Assembly: GCA_963847625.1 (NCBI GenBank)
Contig: CAWKAR010000037.1
Location: forward strand, 1 to 27,934
Reading direction: 5' to 3'
DNA length: 27,934 nt
Source of the DNA: a candidate division FCPU426 bacterium
GTDB lineage: Bacteria; Oederibacteriota; Muellerivitia; Muellerivitales; Muellerivitaceae
Every line of letters begins with the position of its first letter. Position 1 is the first letter of the stretch. The notes beneath the pieces were generated by a model that did not search any database, was not told the DNA's origin, and worked only from the letters and a program-made list of their open reading frames with translations. The translations under genes and the position numbers were made by a program. Of this stretch, positions 17,334-27,934 are shown piece after piece.

Positions 17334-20300
17334 ATGAAAAGATTGGAATTTAAGGAAAATATGCCAAAAAAAGATGGTTCTTTTTTTCATCGATACGTAA
17401 GTTTTTTACTCGTCTCGGCCCTGGCCGCCTGCTCGGTCCTGCCCGCGAACGCGGCGTTGGTCACCAAAACCTCGAACAGCCCGTCCTATATGCCGTGCGA
17501 CTCCGTCACTTACACCCTTGTGGTGCAACCGGGTGACACGTCATCGGAACTGCTGGATTCCTACCCGATGACCAGCATGCCCTCGGGTTGGACCAATGCG
17601 GGGACGTCCAGTAGCGGCGCGACTTTTGGCTGGGCCGGGGCTTCCTGGGGAGTCCGTGCGGAGCAGGGAGGGTGTTCGGGGTTGAATTACGGCCCTTACG
17701 CTTCCTCGGCGGTAAGCCAGTATCCGCAAATCATTTCCAACGTCTCAGTCGGGCCGGATGTTGAGTTCTACTACGAGGCCTGTCTTCCCCTCTCGGCTTA
17801 TTCGGGGGACGACGACGAAGTTTTTATCGCCCGCTATTCAAGCTGCCAGCAATACTTTATGATCCGGGGCGACCAATGGCAACTCAGCGACACCTGCAAC
17901 GGCACCAGCAGGCTTTTCTACGATACGGTGACGCCCAACGGGTCCTGCAGCCAAACCACCTGGACGGACGGGAATAACAGCACTACAACCCAGGCCAGCG
18001 TCCCCTGCATCTCGCGTAACAACTGGTTTTCCTACCGGGTGCGCATCTGCGCCAACCAGATCATGGCGAAAATATGGCAAACCGGCACGGCGGAACCCGG
18101 CTGGCAGTTGACCGTCACGGACGCTAACCTGAACACCTATTCCACTGGCGACTTCGGTTTCCAGGCCAACCAGGGTGATATCACTTTCCGGAACCTCAGC
18201 GTTTACAATATTGCCGCGGAAACCGGCGTCACCGTCACGGACCCCCTGCCCAGTTGTTTCACCTATACCAGCAGCACCTGCGGGACTGTCTCGGGCGGCA
18301 CCCTCACCTGGAGCGTCGGCAGCCTGGCCGCCTGCGCGACCCCCGTCACCTGCACCGTGATTGAGAAAGTCGGGACGGCTTGCAGCGGCAACTATACGAA
18401 CACGGCGTCCGTCACCAGCAGCGCGGGAACGGGCGTGGCGGGCGCGGTGACAGTCGGCGTAAACCCAGTTGCGATATCGAAAACCAACACCGCGGTTCCG
18501 GCCAGCATTGTGGGGGGAAGCGCCATCACGGGCCGCATTTCCGCCTGTAATAACGGGACCGTCACGCAACAAGCGTTGACATTGACCGATGTTGTCACGA
18601 ATTACCCCCGGTTTGTCGGTTTCAGCGGCGAAGTCAACGGCGGCAATATGAACGACGCCAACACGCATGTGACGGGCGCGGGAGTGTCCTATTACGCGCC
18701 TACCGGAAACACTTCTCCCTCGACCATTGTTTATCTCGGCTTACCGCCGGGCAAATGCGTCACCTTTGAGGTTCGTTATCAGTGGGACAATCCTCCCGCG
18801 GCCTGCCAGGTAATTACGGATTATGGGGAGTTAGTGACTGGCTGTTCCGTGACCACGGCTTCCATTTCCGTCACCCAACAGTGCATCACGCCGACCTTCA
18901 CCAATACCTATACCCTGACTTATACCTATACCCCGACCCGGAGCCCGACTCCCACCCCGACGAATACCCCCACCCCCACTCCCACCCGGAGTCCGACCCC
19001 GACACCCTCGCCGACACCCTCGCCGACTCCCTCGCCCACGCCTACCAACACCCCGACCCGAACCAACACGCCCACTCCCACAGTATCCCCCACCCCGACC
19101 CCGACCAACACGCCCACGCGCACGCCCACTCCCACGCCGACCCCGACCACAAGCCCCACTCCCACGCCGACCAATACCCCTACTAACACCCCGACCCGCA
19201 CGCCCACTCCGACACCCACAACCACGCCCACCCCCACCCCGACCAATACGCCCACGAACACGCCGACCCGGACCCCCACTCCCACGCCCACAGTATCCCC
19301 CACCCCGACGCCGACCAATACGCCCACGAACACCCCGACCCGCACGCCCACTCCCACGCCCACAGTATCCCCCACCCCCACCCCGACCAATACGCCCACG
19401 AATACGCCGACCCGCACGCCCACTCCGACACCCACAACCACGCCCACCCCTACCCCGACCAATACGCCCACGAACACCCCGACCCACACACCCACCCCCA
19501 CGCCCACAGTATCCCCCACCCCGACGCCGACCAATACGCCCACGAATACGCCGACCCGCACGCCCACTCCGACACCCACAACCACGCCTACACCCACCCC
19601 GACCAATACGCCTACGAACACGCCGACCCGCACGCCCACTCCGACACCCACAACCACGCCCACCCCCACCCCGACGAACACACCCACGAATACTCCCACG
19701 AACACACCCACCCCCACCCCGACGACGACCCCTACGCCCACGCCGACGAATACCCCGACGAATACGCCGACCCGCACGCCCACTCCGACCCCGACGACGA
19801 CCCCCACGCCCACGCCGACCAATACGCCCACGAACACGCCCACGCGCACACCCACTCCGACCCCAACAACCACCCCCACTCCCACGCCGACGAATACCCC
19901 GACGAACACGCCGACTCGGACCCCTACTCCCACTCCGACGATCACGCCCACGCCGACGCCTACCAACACACCCACGAACACGCTTTCGCCGACCCCCAGC
20001 CCGACCGGGACCACCTCACCCACGAACACCCCAACCAACACACCCACGCCCACGCGCACGTCCACGCCCACTCCCACGCCCACCATTACCCCCACGAACA
20101 CGCCCACGAATACCCCGACCCGGACGCCCACCCCGACCCCGACGACGACACCCTCGCCCACGCCGACCAATACCCCGACGAACACTCCGACGAACACTCC
20201 GACTCCGACACCGACGACGACCCCCACGCCCACCCCGACTAATACACCCACGAACACGCCCACGCGCACACCCACGCCCACCCCGACGACCACCCCCACA

Positions 20301-22922
20301 TTTACCCCGACCAATACGCCCACGAGGACGCCCACGCCCACGCCGACCCCCACGCCCACCATCACCCCGTCGCCCACCCCCACGAACACCCCCACGAACA
20401 CGCCCACGGCGACCCTCAGCCCGACGGGGACGGCCCAGCCCACCTGGACCCCGACCAACACGCCCACGCCCACGCGCACGTCCACGCCCACTTCCACGCC
20501 CACCATCACACCCTCGCCCACGCCGACGAATACCCCGACGAACACCCCCACAAATACTCCGACCCCGACCCCGACGACAACACCCTCACCCACGCCCACG
20601 AATACCCCGACTCGCACACCCACAGCCACACCGACCCCCACGCCCACCATCACCCCGTCGCCCACCCCCACGAACACCCCCACGAACACGCCCACGGCGA
20701 CCCTCAGCCCGACGGGGACGGCCCAGCCCACCTGGACCCCGACCAACACGCCCACACCCACGCGCACCTCCACGCCCACTCCCACGCCAACCATCACACC
20801 CTCGCCCACGCCGACGAATACCCCGACGAACACCCCCACGAACACGCCGACCCCCACGCCCACCATCACCCCGTCGCCCACCCCCACGAACACGCCGACG
20901 AACACGCCTACGGCGACCCTCAGCCCGACAGGGACGGCCCAGCCCACGTGGACCCCGACCAATACGCCGACTTCCACAACGACTCCCACGTCGACTCCCA
21001 CGCCAACAGTCACGCCTTCGCCCACTCCCACCAACACCCTCACCTCGACTCCGACCCCCACGCCCACTTCAACCCCGACGACGACCCCCACGCCGACTTT
21101 GACGGGCACCCCCAGCGACACCCCGACCTCGACCGAAACCCCCGTCTTCACGTATACGCCCACCCCCACGCCGACTGAAACCGACACACCCACGAATTCC
21201 AGCACCCCCACGGACACATCGACACCGACGCCTAGCAACACCCCGACTTCCACGCCCACGGTGACCAACACCAGGACCGACACGCCCACGCCGACTGAAA
21301 CGAACACTCCCACCAATACCAACACTTCTTCCGAAACGCCGACGGTCACCCCGACATCCACAACGACGGACACGCCCACGCCAACCTTGTCACCGACGCC
21401 GAGCAACACCCCGACGAATACCTCCACGGTCACCAATACGAGGACGGACACGAATACGCCGACGCAAACTTCCACGCCCACGGATACCAACACCCCGACG
21501 CCGACCTTCACCTTGACGAACACCCCCACGGCGACCAACACGAGAACGAGCACCAACACCTTGACGCAGACTTCCACGCCGACCTCTACTTTCACTCCCA
21601 CGCCGACGGCCACGGCGACATTCACGCTGATTTCTACGCCCACTTTCACGCCGACCCCCGCGGCGGTGGTGACGCTGCAAAAGCAAGAATCGGAGTCGGC
21701 TGGCACGTCAGGGGACCAAGTGACCTACACGCTGATGCTAAACGTGAGTAATAACACTGCGACTGGGCTGGTGGTGCAGGATGCCCTCCCTGCCAACTGC
21801 AGTTTCGTGACGTTCGGGACCTCCCCGGCCAACACGTCAGCCTCGCTGAATGTGACAGGAGGCGTGACAGTGATGAACTGGGCTCTGCCCACCCTGGCAC
21901 CAGGGAACTACCTTCTGACCTACATAGTTTCGATCAACAACTTCACGCAGGCGGGGCCGATCACGAACTGCGCGGTCATGACCTATCCGGGGACCGCACC
22001 CCAGACGGCCTGCGCGATACTGCAGGTGACGGGGAACTACACGGTGAAAGTGGGGGTGTACAACGAGGCGGGGGAACTGGTGAAGGAACTGCTGGTGACG
22101 CAGTATTCCCAGCCTTTGGTGGACCTGCTATTGCAGAACGGGAACCTGATCAGCGGGTTGAACGACCCGGTATCGATCTACGACCTGAACCATGAGATCG
22201 GGGCCTGGAACGGGACGGACCAGAACGGGAACCCGGTGCCCAACGGGGATTACTACGTGAAAGTGGACAATATCGACTCGTTCGGGGTGGACAAGAGCGT
22301 GGTGTTGAACGTGGTGGTGAGCCGTTCGCTGGAGAAAGTGACGATCGACATCTACAACGAGGCAGGGGAGATCGTGCAGACGCTGTACAGCGTGGTGGAG
22401 GACCCGCAGGGGACGGTGATCACGGGGGTGAAGCTGTCAAGTACGGTATTGGAGCCCGGGTCGCCGACGGACGGGACGCTGGTGATCGCGACGAACAACG
22501 GGGTGACGACGGTATGGGACGGGCACGGGTCGGGGGGGACGGTGGTGCCCAACGGGAAATACTTCATCGAGGTGCACTCCACGGACGGGAAGGGCGGGGA
22601 GACGGTGATCATTACGTCGGTGGTGGTGGTGAACGGGGTGAAACAGGCGGCGCCGAGGGTGTGGGCATATCCGAACCCGGTGACGGGCGGAACGAGGCTG
22701 GTGACATTCCAGGGATCGTCGGCAGGGGTGAAGCTGACGGTAAAGATCTACGACGTGGCGGGCGAGCTGGTGACTGAACTCAATGGAGCGGGCGGGACGA
22801 GCCAGGCGACCTGGAACGCGGCTGGGATCGCCAGTGGCTTATACATCGCCAAGACCGAGCAGAGGGACGCCAACGGCTACCTGGTCGCCAGGCAGACCCT
22901 GAAGATCCTGGTAGAGCAGTAA
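17334..22922 (+). CDS. Giant secreted surface protein 2: DUF11-type Ig domains with an inserted ConA/DUF1080-like beta-sandwich, Thr-Pro stalk, and a C-terminal module near-identical to protein 1
   Basis: Signal peptide ending ANA-A (likely start ATG 17361, AAGGA RBS); VTKTS...VTYTL [insert [20 protein letters not shown]...[22 protein letters not shown]] [14 protein letters not shown]; same DUF11/FlgD/YPNP tail. Confidence 0.88.
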   Translation: MKRLEFKENMPKKDGSFFHRYVSFLLVSALAACSVLPANAALVTKTSNSPSYMPCDSVTYTLVVQPGDTSSELLDSYPMTSMPSGWTNAGTSSSGATFGWAGASWGVRAEQGGCSGLNYGPYASSAVSQYPQIISNVSVGPDVEFYYEACLPLSAYSGDDDEVFIARYSSCQQYFMIRGDQWQLSDTCNGTSRLFYDTVTPNGSCSQTTWTDGNNSTTTQASVPCISRNNWFSYRVRICANQIMAKIWQTGTAEPGWQLTVTDANLNTYSTGDFGFQANQGDITFRNLSVYNIAAETGVTVTDPLPSCFTYTSSTCGTVSGGTLTWSVGSLAACATPVTCTVIEKVGTACSGNYTNTASVTSSAGTGVAGAVTVGVNPVAISKTNTAVPASIVGGSAITGRISACNNGTVTQQALTLTDVVTNYPRFVGFSGEVNGGNMNDANTHVTGAGVSYYAPTGNTSPSTIVYLGLPPGKCVTFEVRYQWDNPPAACQVITDYGELVTGCSVTTASISVTQQCITPTFTNTYTLTYTYTPTRSPTPTPTNTPTPTPTRSPTPTPSPTPSPTPSPTPTNTPTRTNTPTPTVSPTPTPTNTPTRTPTPTPTPTTSPTPTPTNTPTNTPTRTPTPTPTTTPTPTPTNTPTNTPTRTPTPTPTVSPTPTPTNTPTNTPTRTPTPTPTVSPTPTPTNTPTNTPTRTPTPTPTTTPTPTPTNTPTNTPTHTPTPTPTVSPTPTPTNTPTNTPTRTPTPTPTTTPTPTPTNTPTNTPTRTPTPTPTTTPTPTPTNTPTNTPTNTPTPTPTTTPTPTPTNTPTNTPTRTPTPTPTTTPTPTPTNTPTNTPTRTPTPTPTTTPTPTPTNTPTNTPTRTPTPTPTITPTPTPTNTPTNTLSPTPSPTGTTSPTNTPTNTPTPTRTSTPTPTPTITPTNTPTNTPTRTPTPTPTTTPSPTPTNTPTNTPTNTPTPTPTTTPTPTPTNTPTNTPTRTPTPTPTTTPTFTPTNTPTRTPTPTPTPTPTITPSPTPTNTPTNTPTATLSPTGTAQPTWTPTNTPTPTRTSTPTSTPTITPSPTPTNTPTNTPTNTPTPTPTTTPSPTPTNTPTRTPTATPTPTPTITPSPTPTNTPTNTPTATLSPTGTAQPTWTPTNTPTPTRTSTPTPTPTITPSPTPTNTPTNTPTNTPTPTPTITPSPTPTNTPTNTPTATLSPTGTAQPTWTPTNTPTSTTTPTSTPTPTVTPSPTPTNTLTSTPTPTPTSTPTTTPTPTLTGTPSDTPTSTETPVFTYTPTPTPTETDTPTNSSTPTDTSTPTPSNTPTSTPTVTNTRTDTPTPTETNTPTNTNTSSETPTVTPTSTTTDTPTPTLSPTPSNTPTNTSTVTNTRTDTNTPTQTSTPTDTNTPTPTFTLTNTPTATNTRTSTNTLTQTSTPTSTFTPTPTATATFTLISTPTFTPTPAAVVTLQKQESESAGTSGDQVTYTLMLNVSNNTATGLVVQDALPANCSFVTFGTSPANTSASLNVTGGVTVMNWALPTLAPGNYLLTYIVSINNFTQAGPITNCAVMTYPGTAPQTACAILQVTGNYTVKVGVYNEAGELVKELLVTQYSQPLVDLLLQNGNLISGLNDPVSIYDLNHEIGAWNGTDQNGNPVPNGDYYVKVDNIDSFGVDKSVVLNVVVSRSLEKVTIDIYNEAGEIVQTLYSVVEDPQGTVITGVKLSSTVLEPGSPTDGTLVIATNNGVTTVWDGHGSGGTVVPNGKYFIEVHSTDGKGGETVIITSVVVVNGVKQAAPRVWAYPNPVTGGTRLVTFQGSSAGVKLTVKIYDVAGELVTELNGAGGTSQATWNAAGIASGLYIAKTEQRDANGYLVARQTLKILVEQ
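18888..21659 (+). repeat. Thr-Pro low-complexity coding repeat
   Basis: Same units as 12097-14652; [13 protein letters not shown] x3 and [12 protein letters not shown] x1. Confidence 0.95.
20948..22922 (+). repeat. ~2-kb near-identical, gap-free duplicate of 13941-15915
   Basis: Both segments are 1975 nt from the last ...[14 protein letters not shown] to the stop; about two dozen amino-acid differences by eye, clustered in DUF11. Confidence 0.92.
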
Positions 22923-22957
22923 GACCAGACGGATTGACTAACCTCCGCTTCGCCGGA

Positions 22958-23225
22958 TAAGTCAAAAAACATCCTTTTTCCGCTAAAAAACTGACATTTT
23001 GGGCTCATTTTTTCAGCCGGGGAGTCATTTTCAGAAAGTAACAACGTGTTTGACTGCCTCTTTTTAGGAAATTTTTTCTATGAATTTCCCAATAAAACCC
23101 CGGGGATAAAATTGCTTTACTGCCTTGATTTAACGTTAATGGTGTTTAAAAGGCCTATTTCCCTTTGATGTTTCGGTGATTTTTTGTTCTAAAACCTTAA
23201 ATTTTGGAATAGTTTATGCGAATAA
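22958..23225 (+). promoter_or_regulatory. Sigma-54 promoter with upstream tandem enhancer-like boxes (copy 3)
   Basis: GTCAAAAAACATCC 22961-22974, GCTAAAAAACTGAC 22982-22995, TTTAACGTTAATG 23129-23141, TTGGAATAGTTTATGC with GG 23206-07 and GC 23218-19. Confidence 0.8.
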
Positions 23226-23301
23226 TCTTTTAAGCAAAGCGGTTTCATATAAGGTTGAGTATGATTTTTATTAAACCAAAACCCTAACGGCGGTTAAAAG
23301 A

Positions 23302-26300
23302 GTGGGAAAAAAAGAATTATTCTCAAGGACCTTTTCCCGGGCGTTCAAGATTTCCTTGGCGCTTCTGGGACTCATGCTGTTATGGGAGTCCCCCTCGCGG
23401 ACTTGGGCCCAAACATGCACGCCGACCTCCGCGCAGATCTGTACGGCCAGCGACGACTGGTCCCAGGTCTATGTCGGGGGCGTTTACCTGGGCCAAATCG
23501 CCTACTGCAACTGGGACGGTTCCGGGAGCTGCCCCCCGGGTTGCATCAGCGTTCCCACGTCCCTTTTAACCGGCGGCACAGTTTATGTCGGCATTTACGC
23601 CCAAAACACCGCCTGCAACAACCTTTACGCGTCCTGGGACTTGGACATCACCTGTTCAGGCGGAACGCATTCCGAAATCACCAGCGGGGACGGCACCGTC
23701 AAAATGGATTACGTGAGCGCCGGAAACCCGTCCACTGCCCCCGCCAGCAACTGGTACGCCACCAACTACAGCACCAGCGGCTGGGGCTCCGGGTCGCAGG
23801 TCAGCATCACCTCCGGTTATTGCTGTTGGGGCCAGCAAATTTTCAATCCCGTGACCGGCGCGCAAGTTCCCCTCCTGTCCTCGGACACCAACGGCGCCTA
23901 TAGCACCAGCAACTGCGGCGGCGCGCTATTCTTTTCCCAGGCTGCCACCATCCCGAACGGCACCACGCTGATTGGGCCGCCTAAATTCACCGTCACCAAA
24001 TCCCTGGTTGGTTCGGCCATCAGCGGCGATGACGCGTTCGCCACTTTCTCGGTCGTGGCTTGTAACACCGGAGGTGCCGTAACACAGCCCGGCGGCGTAA
24101 CGGTCACGGATAACCTGGGCGGTACTGTGTATTCTTTTGCTTGCTGGGGATTCGGACCCAGCATGGCCACAAGCTGTTACTACTATGGAGGCGCCCAGCC
24201 GAATGTTAGCGGGCAGAATATCTATTGGTCTTCCTTCGGCGGGGCCGGCCGTTGCGTGACCATGTATGTGTTTACCGAGGATTATTATTGGGAAGGGAAC
24301 CAATGCGCAACCTTCATCGACAACGCCAGCGTGGCTTGGACCAGCGGAAGCAGTTCCGGAACCGCCAGTTCCAACTCCGTTTCAGTGAGCCGGCCCTGCT
24401 TTACCAACACTTTCACACCCACCCATACCTTTACCTATACCCCAACTCCGGCCATCACTAATACCCCCACCCATACTTATACCTACACTTATACCTTTAC
24501 CAATACTCCCACCCCGACGAACACCCCGACCCGGACGCCCACCCCGACCCCGACCGTTTCGCCAACCCCCACTAACACCCCGACCCGGACGAATACGCCC
24601 ACACCGACTCCCAGCCCGACACCCACAAACACAGTATCGCCGACCCCAACAAACACACCGACCCGGACGAATACGCCCACGCCAACGAATACCCCCACCA
24701 ATACCCCAACCCGGACGAATACGCCCACCCCGACCCCGACCGTCTCGCCCACTCCCACGCCGACCAATACCCCCACAAACACCCCGACCCGGACCCCGAC
24801 CCCTACCCCGACCGTCTCACCCACCCCCACACCGACGAATACCCCCACGAACACCCCGACTCGGACGAATACGCCCACCCCGACGAACACCCCAACTCCG
24901 ACCCCGACCGTCTCGCCCACCCCCACACCGACCAATACCCCTACGAATACCCCGACCCGGACGCCAACCCCTACTCCGACCATCTCGCCCACCCCCACGC
25001 CGACCAATACCCCCACGAATACCCCGACCCGGACGCCGACTCCAACCCCGACGAACACCCCAACTCCGACCCCGACCGTCTCGCCCACTCCCACGCCGAC
25101 CAATACCCCCACGAATACCCCGACCCGGACACCAACACCCACCCCGACTAATACCCCAACTCCGACCCCGACCGTCTCGCCCACTCCCACGCCAACCAAT
25201 ACCCCCACAAACACCCCGACCCGGACACCAACACCCACCCCCACAACAAGCCCCACGCCTACACCCACAAACACCCCCACGAACACACCCACGAATACTC
25301 CTACACCCACTCCGACCCGTACGCCCACCCCTACGCCTACGAATACCCCTACCCTGACTCCCACGAACACGCCAACACCGACTCCGACGACGACCCCAAC
25401 CCCGACCCCTACTAACACGCCCACGAGAACCCCTACTCCCACCCCGACCCCAACTCCTACCACAAGCCCCACTCCTACCCCGACGAATACTCCCACGAAC
25501 ACACCGACTCGGACACCGACTCCTACTCCCACCACGACCCCGACTCCCACCCCGACCAATACCCCTACGAACACACCTACGAACACCCCCACGCCGACCC
25601 CAACGACCACACCCACACCCACCCCGACGAACACGCCTACGAATACACCGACAAGGACACCCACGCCGACCCCGACGACCACACCCACTCCTACCCCGAC
25701 CAATACGCCGACGAACACACCCACGCGCACGCCGACTCCCACGCCTACCATCACCCCCACGCCCACCCCGACCAACACGCCCACGAATACACCTTCGCCG
25801 ACCCCCAGCCCGACCGGCACCACATCGCCCACGAACACCCCGACCAACACGCCGACTCGCACGAATACACCTACCCCGACTCCCACACCCACCATTACCC
25901 CCACACCCACCCCGACCAATACCCCGACTAATACGCCCACACGTACCCCGACACCCACCCCGACAACGACGCCCTCTCCCACGCCGACGAATACCCCAAC
26001 CAACACACCCACGAACACACCCACTCCGACCCCAACGACCACACCCACACCCACCCCAACGAACACGCCCACGAGAACACCCACATCCACACCTACTCCC
26101 ACCCTCACGACGACACCCACACCCACGCCAACCAATACCTCGATCAACACCCCGACGCGCACACCTACTCCCACTCCCACGACGACACCCACGCCCACCC
26201 CGACGAATACCCCGACCAACACGCCCACGCGCACCCCGACACCCACCCCCACGACGACACCCTCGCCCACGCCAACCAACACCCCAACCAACACACCCAC

Positions 26301-27934
26301 GAATACGCCGACACCCACCCCCACGACCACACCCACCCCGACCCCGACGAATACCCCGACGAACACGCCCACTCGCACGCCGACCCCCACGCCTACCATC
26401 ACCCCCACCCCAACACCCACGAACACGCCGACGAATACGCTCTCGCCGACCCCCAGCCCAACCGGGACCACCTCACCCACGAATACCCCGACCAATACGC
26501 CCACGAGAACGTCCACCCCCACGTCGACTTCCACACCCACGATCACACCCACGCCTACGCCAACCAATACCCCGACTAATACGCCCACACGTACCCCGAC
26601 ACCCACCCCGACAACAACGCCCTCTCCCACGCCAACCAATACCCCAACCAACACACCCACCAACACTCCCACCCCGACTCCGACGACCACACCCACTCCT
26701 ACCCCGACCAATACGCCCACGAATACACCGACGAGGACCCCAACCCCTACGCCCACAGTCACACCCTCGCCCACGCCGACGAATACCCCGACCAACACAC
26801 CCACAAACACTCCCACGCCGACTCCGACAACCACACCCTCACCCACTCCGACCAACACGCCTACGAACACGTCGACCCGGACACCCACTCCCACCCCGAC
26901 GATCACGCCCACGCCCACACCAACCAACACGCCTACGATCACACTCACTCCGACCCCCAGCCCGACCGGGACCACCTCACCCACGAACACTCCGACCAAT
27001 ACACCCACGAGAACGTCCACACCTACTTCGACTTCCACACCCACGATCACACCCTCTCCCACGCCGACGAATACCCCGACCAACACCCCCACGAACACTC
27101 CCACGCCGACCCCGACGACGACACCCACCTTCACCCCGACCAACACGCCGACTCGTACGCCCACATCCACCCCGACACCCACCCCGACGACCACATCCTC
27201 GCCCACGCCCACGAATACCCCAACCAACACGCCCACAAACACGCCCACCCCGACTCCGACGACGACACCCACGCCGACCCCGACCAACACCCCCACGAAC
27301 ACGCCGACTTCCACGCCTACCCCTACACCCACCATCACGTCTTCTCCGACCCCCAGCCCGACCGGGACGACATCACCCACGAATACGCCCACGATTACGC
27401 CAACGACTACGCCCACTCCCACGTCCACGAACACCCCGACGAAAACACCGACCTCAACGCCCACCCCCACGCCGACCTTGACACCGACTGCGACTCCGAC
27501 CACCACGTCCACTTCGACACCTACCCCGACTCTGACCAACACACCGACGAACACCCCGACGAATACGCCGATTTCAACGTCGACTAGCACGTCGACTTCG
27601 ACCCCTACCCCGACTCCGACCAACACGCCCATCTTCACGCTAACATTCACCAATACGCCGACGAACACCCCCACATCCACGAACACCCCGACCAACACTC
27701 CTACCCCGACGCCGACGAACACACCCACGAACACATCAACGCCAACCCCGACTCCAACCAGCACTTCCACCGCCACACCCACTTCGACCAACACCCCTCC
27801 CTTCACGTATACGTTCACCCCAACCCCGACGAACACCTCCTCGCCCACGAACACGCCGACTGAAACGAACACTCCCACCAATACCTACACATCGACCCCA
27901 ACCGCCACGTTCACCGACACCTCTACACCGACGA
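23302..27934 (+). CDS. Giant secreted surface protein 3 (partial, runs off the window; >1540 aa), N-terminal domain paralogous to protein 1
   Basis: Manual translation from GTG 23302: [73 protein letters not shown]...; no stop seen, and the TP repeats remain in frame to the last line. Confidence 0.9.
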   Translation, partial: MGKKELFSRTFSRAFKISLALLGLMLLWESPSRTWAQTCTPTSAQICTASDDWSQVYVGGVYLGQIAYCNWDGSGSCPPGCISVPTSLLTGGTVYVGIYAQNTACNNLYASWDLDITCSGGTHSEITSGDGTVKMDYVSAGNPSTAPASNWYATNYSTSGWGSGSQVSITSGYCCWGQQIFNPVTGAQVPLLSSDTNGAYSTSNCGGALFFSQAATIPNGTTLIGPPKFTVTKSLVGSAISGDDAFATFSVVACNTGGAVTQPGGVTVTDNLGGTVYSFACWGFGPSMATSCYYYGGAQPNVSGQNIYWSSFGGAGRCVTMYVFTEDYYWEGNQCATFIDNASVAWTSGSSSGTASSNSVSVSRPCFTNTFTPTHTFTYTPTPAITNTPTHTYTYTYTFTNTPTPTNTPTRTPTPTPTVSPTPTNTPTRTNTPTPTPSPTPTNTVSPTPTNTPTRTNTPTPTNTPTNTPTRTNTPTPTPTVSPTPTPTNTPTNTPTRTPTPTPTVSPTPTPTNTPTNTPTRTNTPTPTNTPTPTPTVSPTPTPTNTPTNTPTRTPTPTPTISPTPTPTNTPTNTPTRTPTPTPTNTPTPTPTVSPTPTPTNTPTNTPTRTPTPTPTNTPTPTPTVSPTPTPTNTPTNTPTRTPTPTPTTSPTPTPTNTPTNTPTNTPTPTPTRTPTPTPTNTPTLTPTNTPTPTPTTTPTPTPTNTPTRTPTPTPTPTPTTSPTPTPTNTPTNTPTRTPTPTPTTTPTPTPTNTPTNTPTNTPTPTPTTTPTPTPTNTPTNTPTRTPTPTPTTTPTPTPTNTPTNTPTRTPTPTPTITPTPTPTNTPTNTPSPTPSPTGTTSPTNTPTNTPTRTNTPTPTPTPTITPTPTPTNTPTNTPTRTPTPTPTTTPSPTPTNTPTNTPTNTPTPTPTTTPTPTPTNTPTRTPTSTPTPTLTTTPTPTPTNTSINTPTRTPTPTPTTTPTPTPTNTPTNTPTRTPTPTPTTTPSPTPTNTPTNTPTNTPTPTPTTTPTPTPTNTPTNTPTRTPTPTPTITPTPTPTNTPTNTLSPTPSPTGTTSPTNTPTNTPTRTSTPTSTSTPTITPTPTPTNTPTNTPTRTPTPTPTTTPSPTPTNTPTNTPTNTPTPTPTTTPTPTPTNTPTNTPTRTPTPTPTVTPSPTPTNTPTNTPTNTPTPTPTTTPSPTPTNTPTNTSTRTPTPTPTITPTPTPTNTPTITLTPTPSPTGTTSPTNTPTNTPTRTSTPTSTSTPTITPSPTPTNTPTNTPTNTPTPTPTTTPTFTPTNTPTRTPTSTPTPTPTTTSSPTPTNTPTNTPTNTPTPTPTTTPTPTPTNTPTNTPTSTPTPTPTITSSPTPSPTGTTSPTNTPTITPTTTPTPTSTNTPTKTPTSTPTPTPTLTPTATPTTTSTSTPTPTLTNTPTNTPTNTPISTSTSTSTSTPTPTPTNTPIFTLTFTNTPTNTPTSTNTPTNTPTPTPTNTPTNTSTPTPTPTSTSTATPTSTNTPPFTYTFTPTPTNTSSPTNTPTETNTPTNTYTSTPTATFTDTSTPT
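24406..27934 (+). repeat. Thr-Pro low-complexity coding repeat (>3.5 kb)
   Basis: [19 protein letters not shown] units; landmark [13 protein letters not shown] occurs four times. Confidence 0.95.

Noticed and set aside
23382..23903. 173-aa plus-strand ORF in the track
   Set aside because: Out-of-frame overlap with the real giant gene 3, which is homologous to gene 1
12201..27881. Very long minus-strand Val-Gly ORFs (12201-14699, 18926-21706, 24489-27881; also 6533-7795, 8028-8438)
   Set aside because: Antisense shadows of Thr-Pro codons (ACN/CCN), which rarely give stops on the reverse strand; no RBS or domain evidence

Overview
Bacterial window from a diderm organism (outer-membrane beta-barrel gene, lipoproteins), mostly GC-rich and dominated by cell-surface genes. 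The right two thirds hold three giant secreted paralogues: 10864-15915, 17334-22922, and 23302 to the window end, the last missing from the ORF track because it has no stop. Each has Cys-rich N-terminal domain(s) and a very long Thr-Pro stalk. The two complete ones end in DUF11, two FlgD-Ig-like modules and a T9SS type-A-like sorting tail, and a lipoprotein serpin lies between them. The three genes are mosaics: genes 1 and 3 share promoter and N-terminal domain, genes 1 and 2 share a near-identical ~2 kb 3' half. A ~260-bp promoter module (tandem GTCA...TGAC-type enhancer boxes, a middle block and a sigma-54 GG-N10-GC site) occurs three times: before giant genes 1 and 3 and before an unrelated STAS + PilZ gene pair. 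This suggests a sigma-54/c-di-GMP-linked surface-adhesin regulon (inference). The left part has an iteron-like 10-mer array in front of a ParB-HTH-like/TM/PDZ gene and an AT-rich two-gene cassette bounded by perfect 19-bp inverted repeats. It also has two Thr-Pro lipoproteins plus a decayed third copy, a zinc-ribbon protein and a small Lys/Cys-rich secreted protein. All family calls are by-eye motif recognition; no searches were run.
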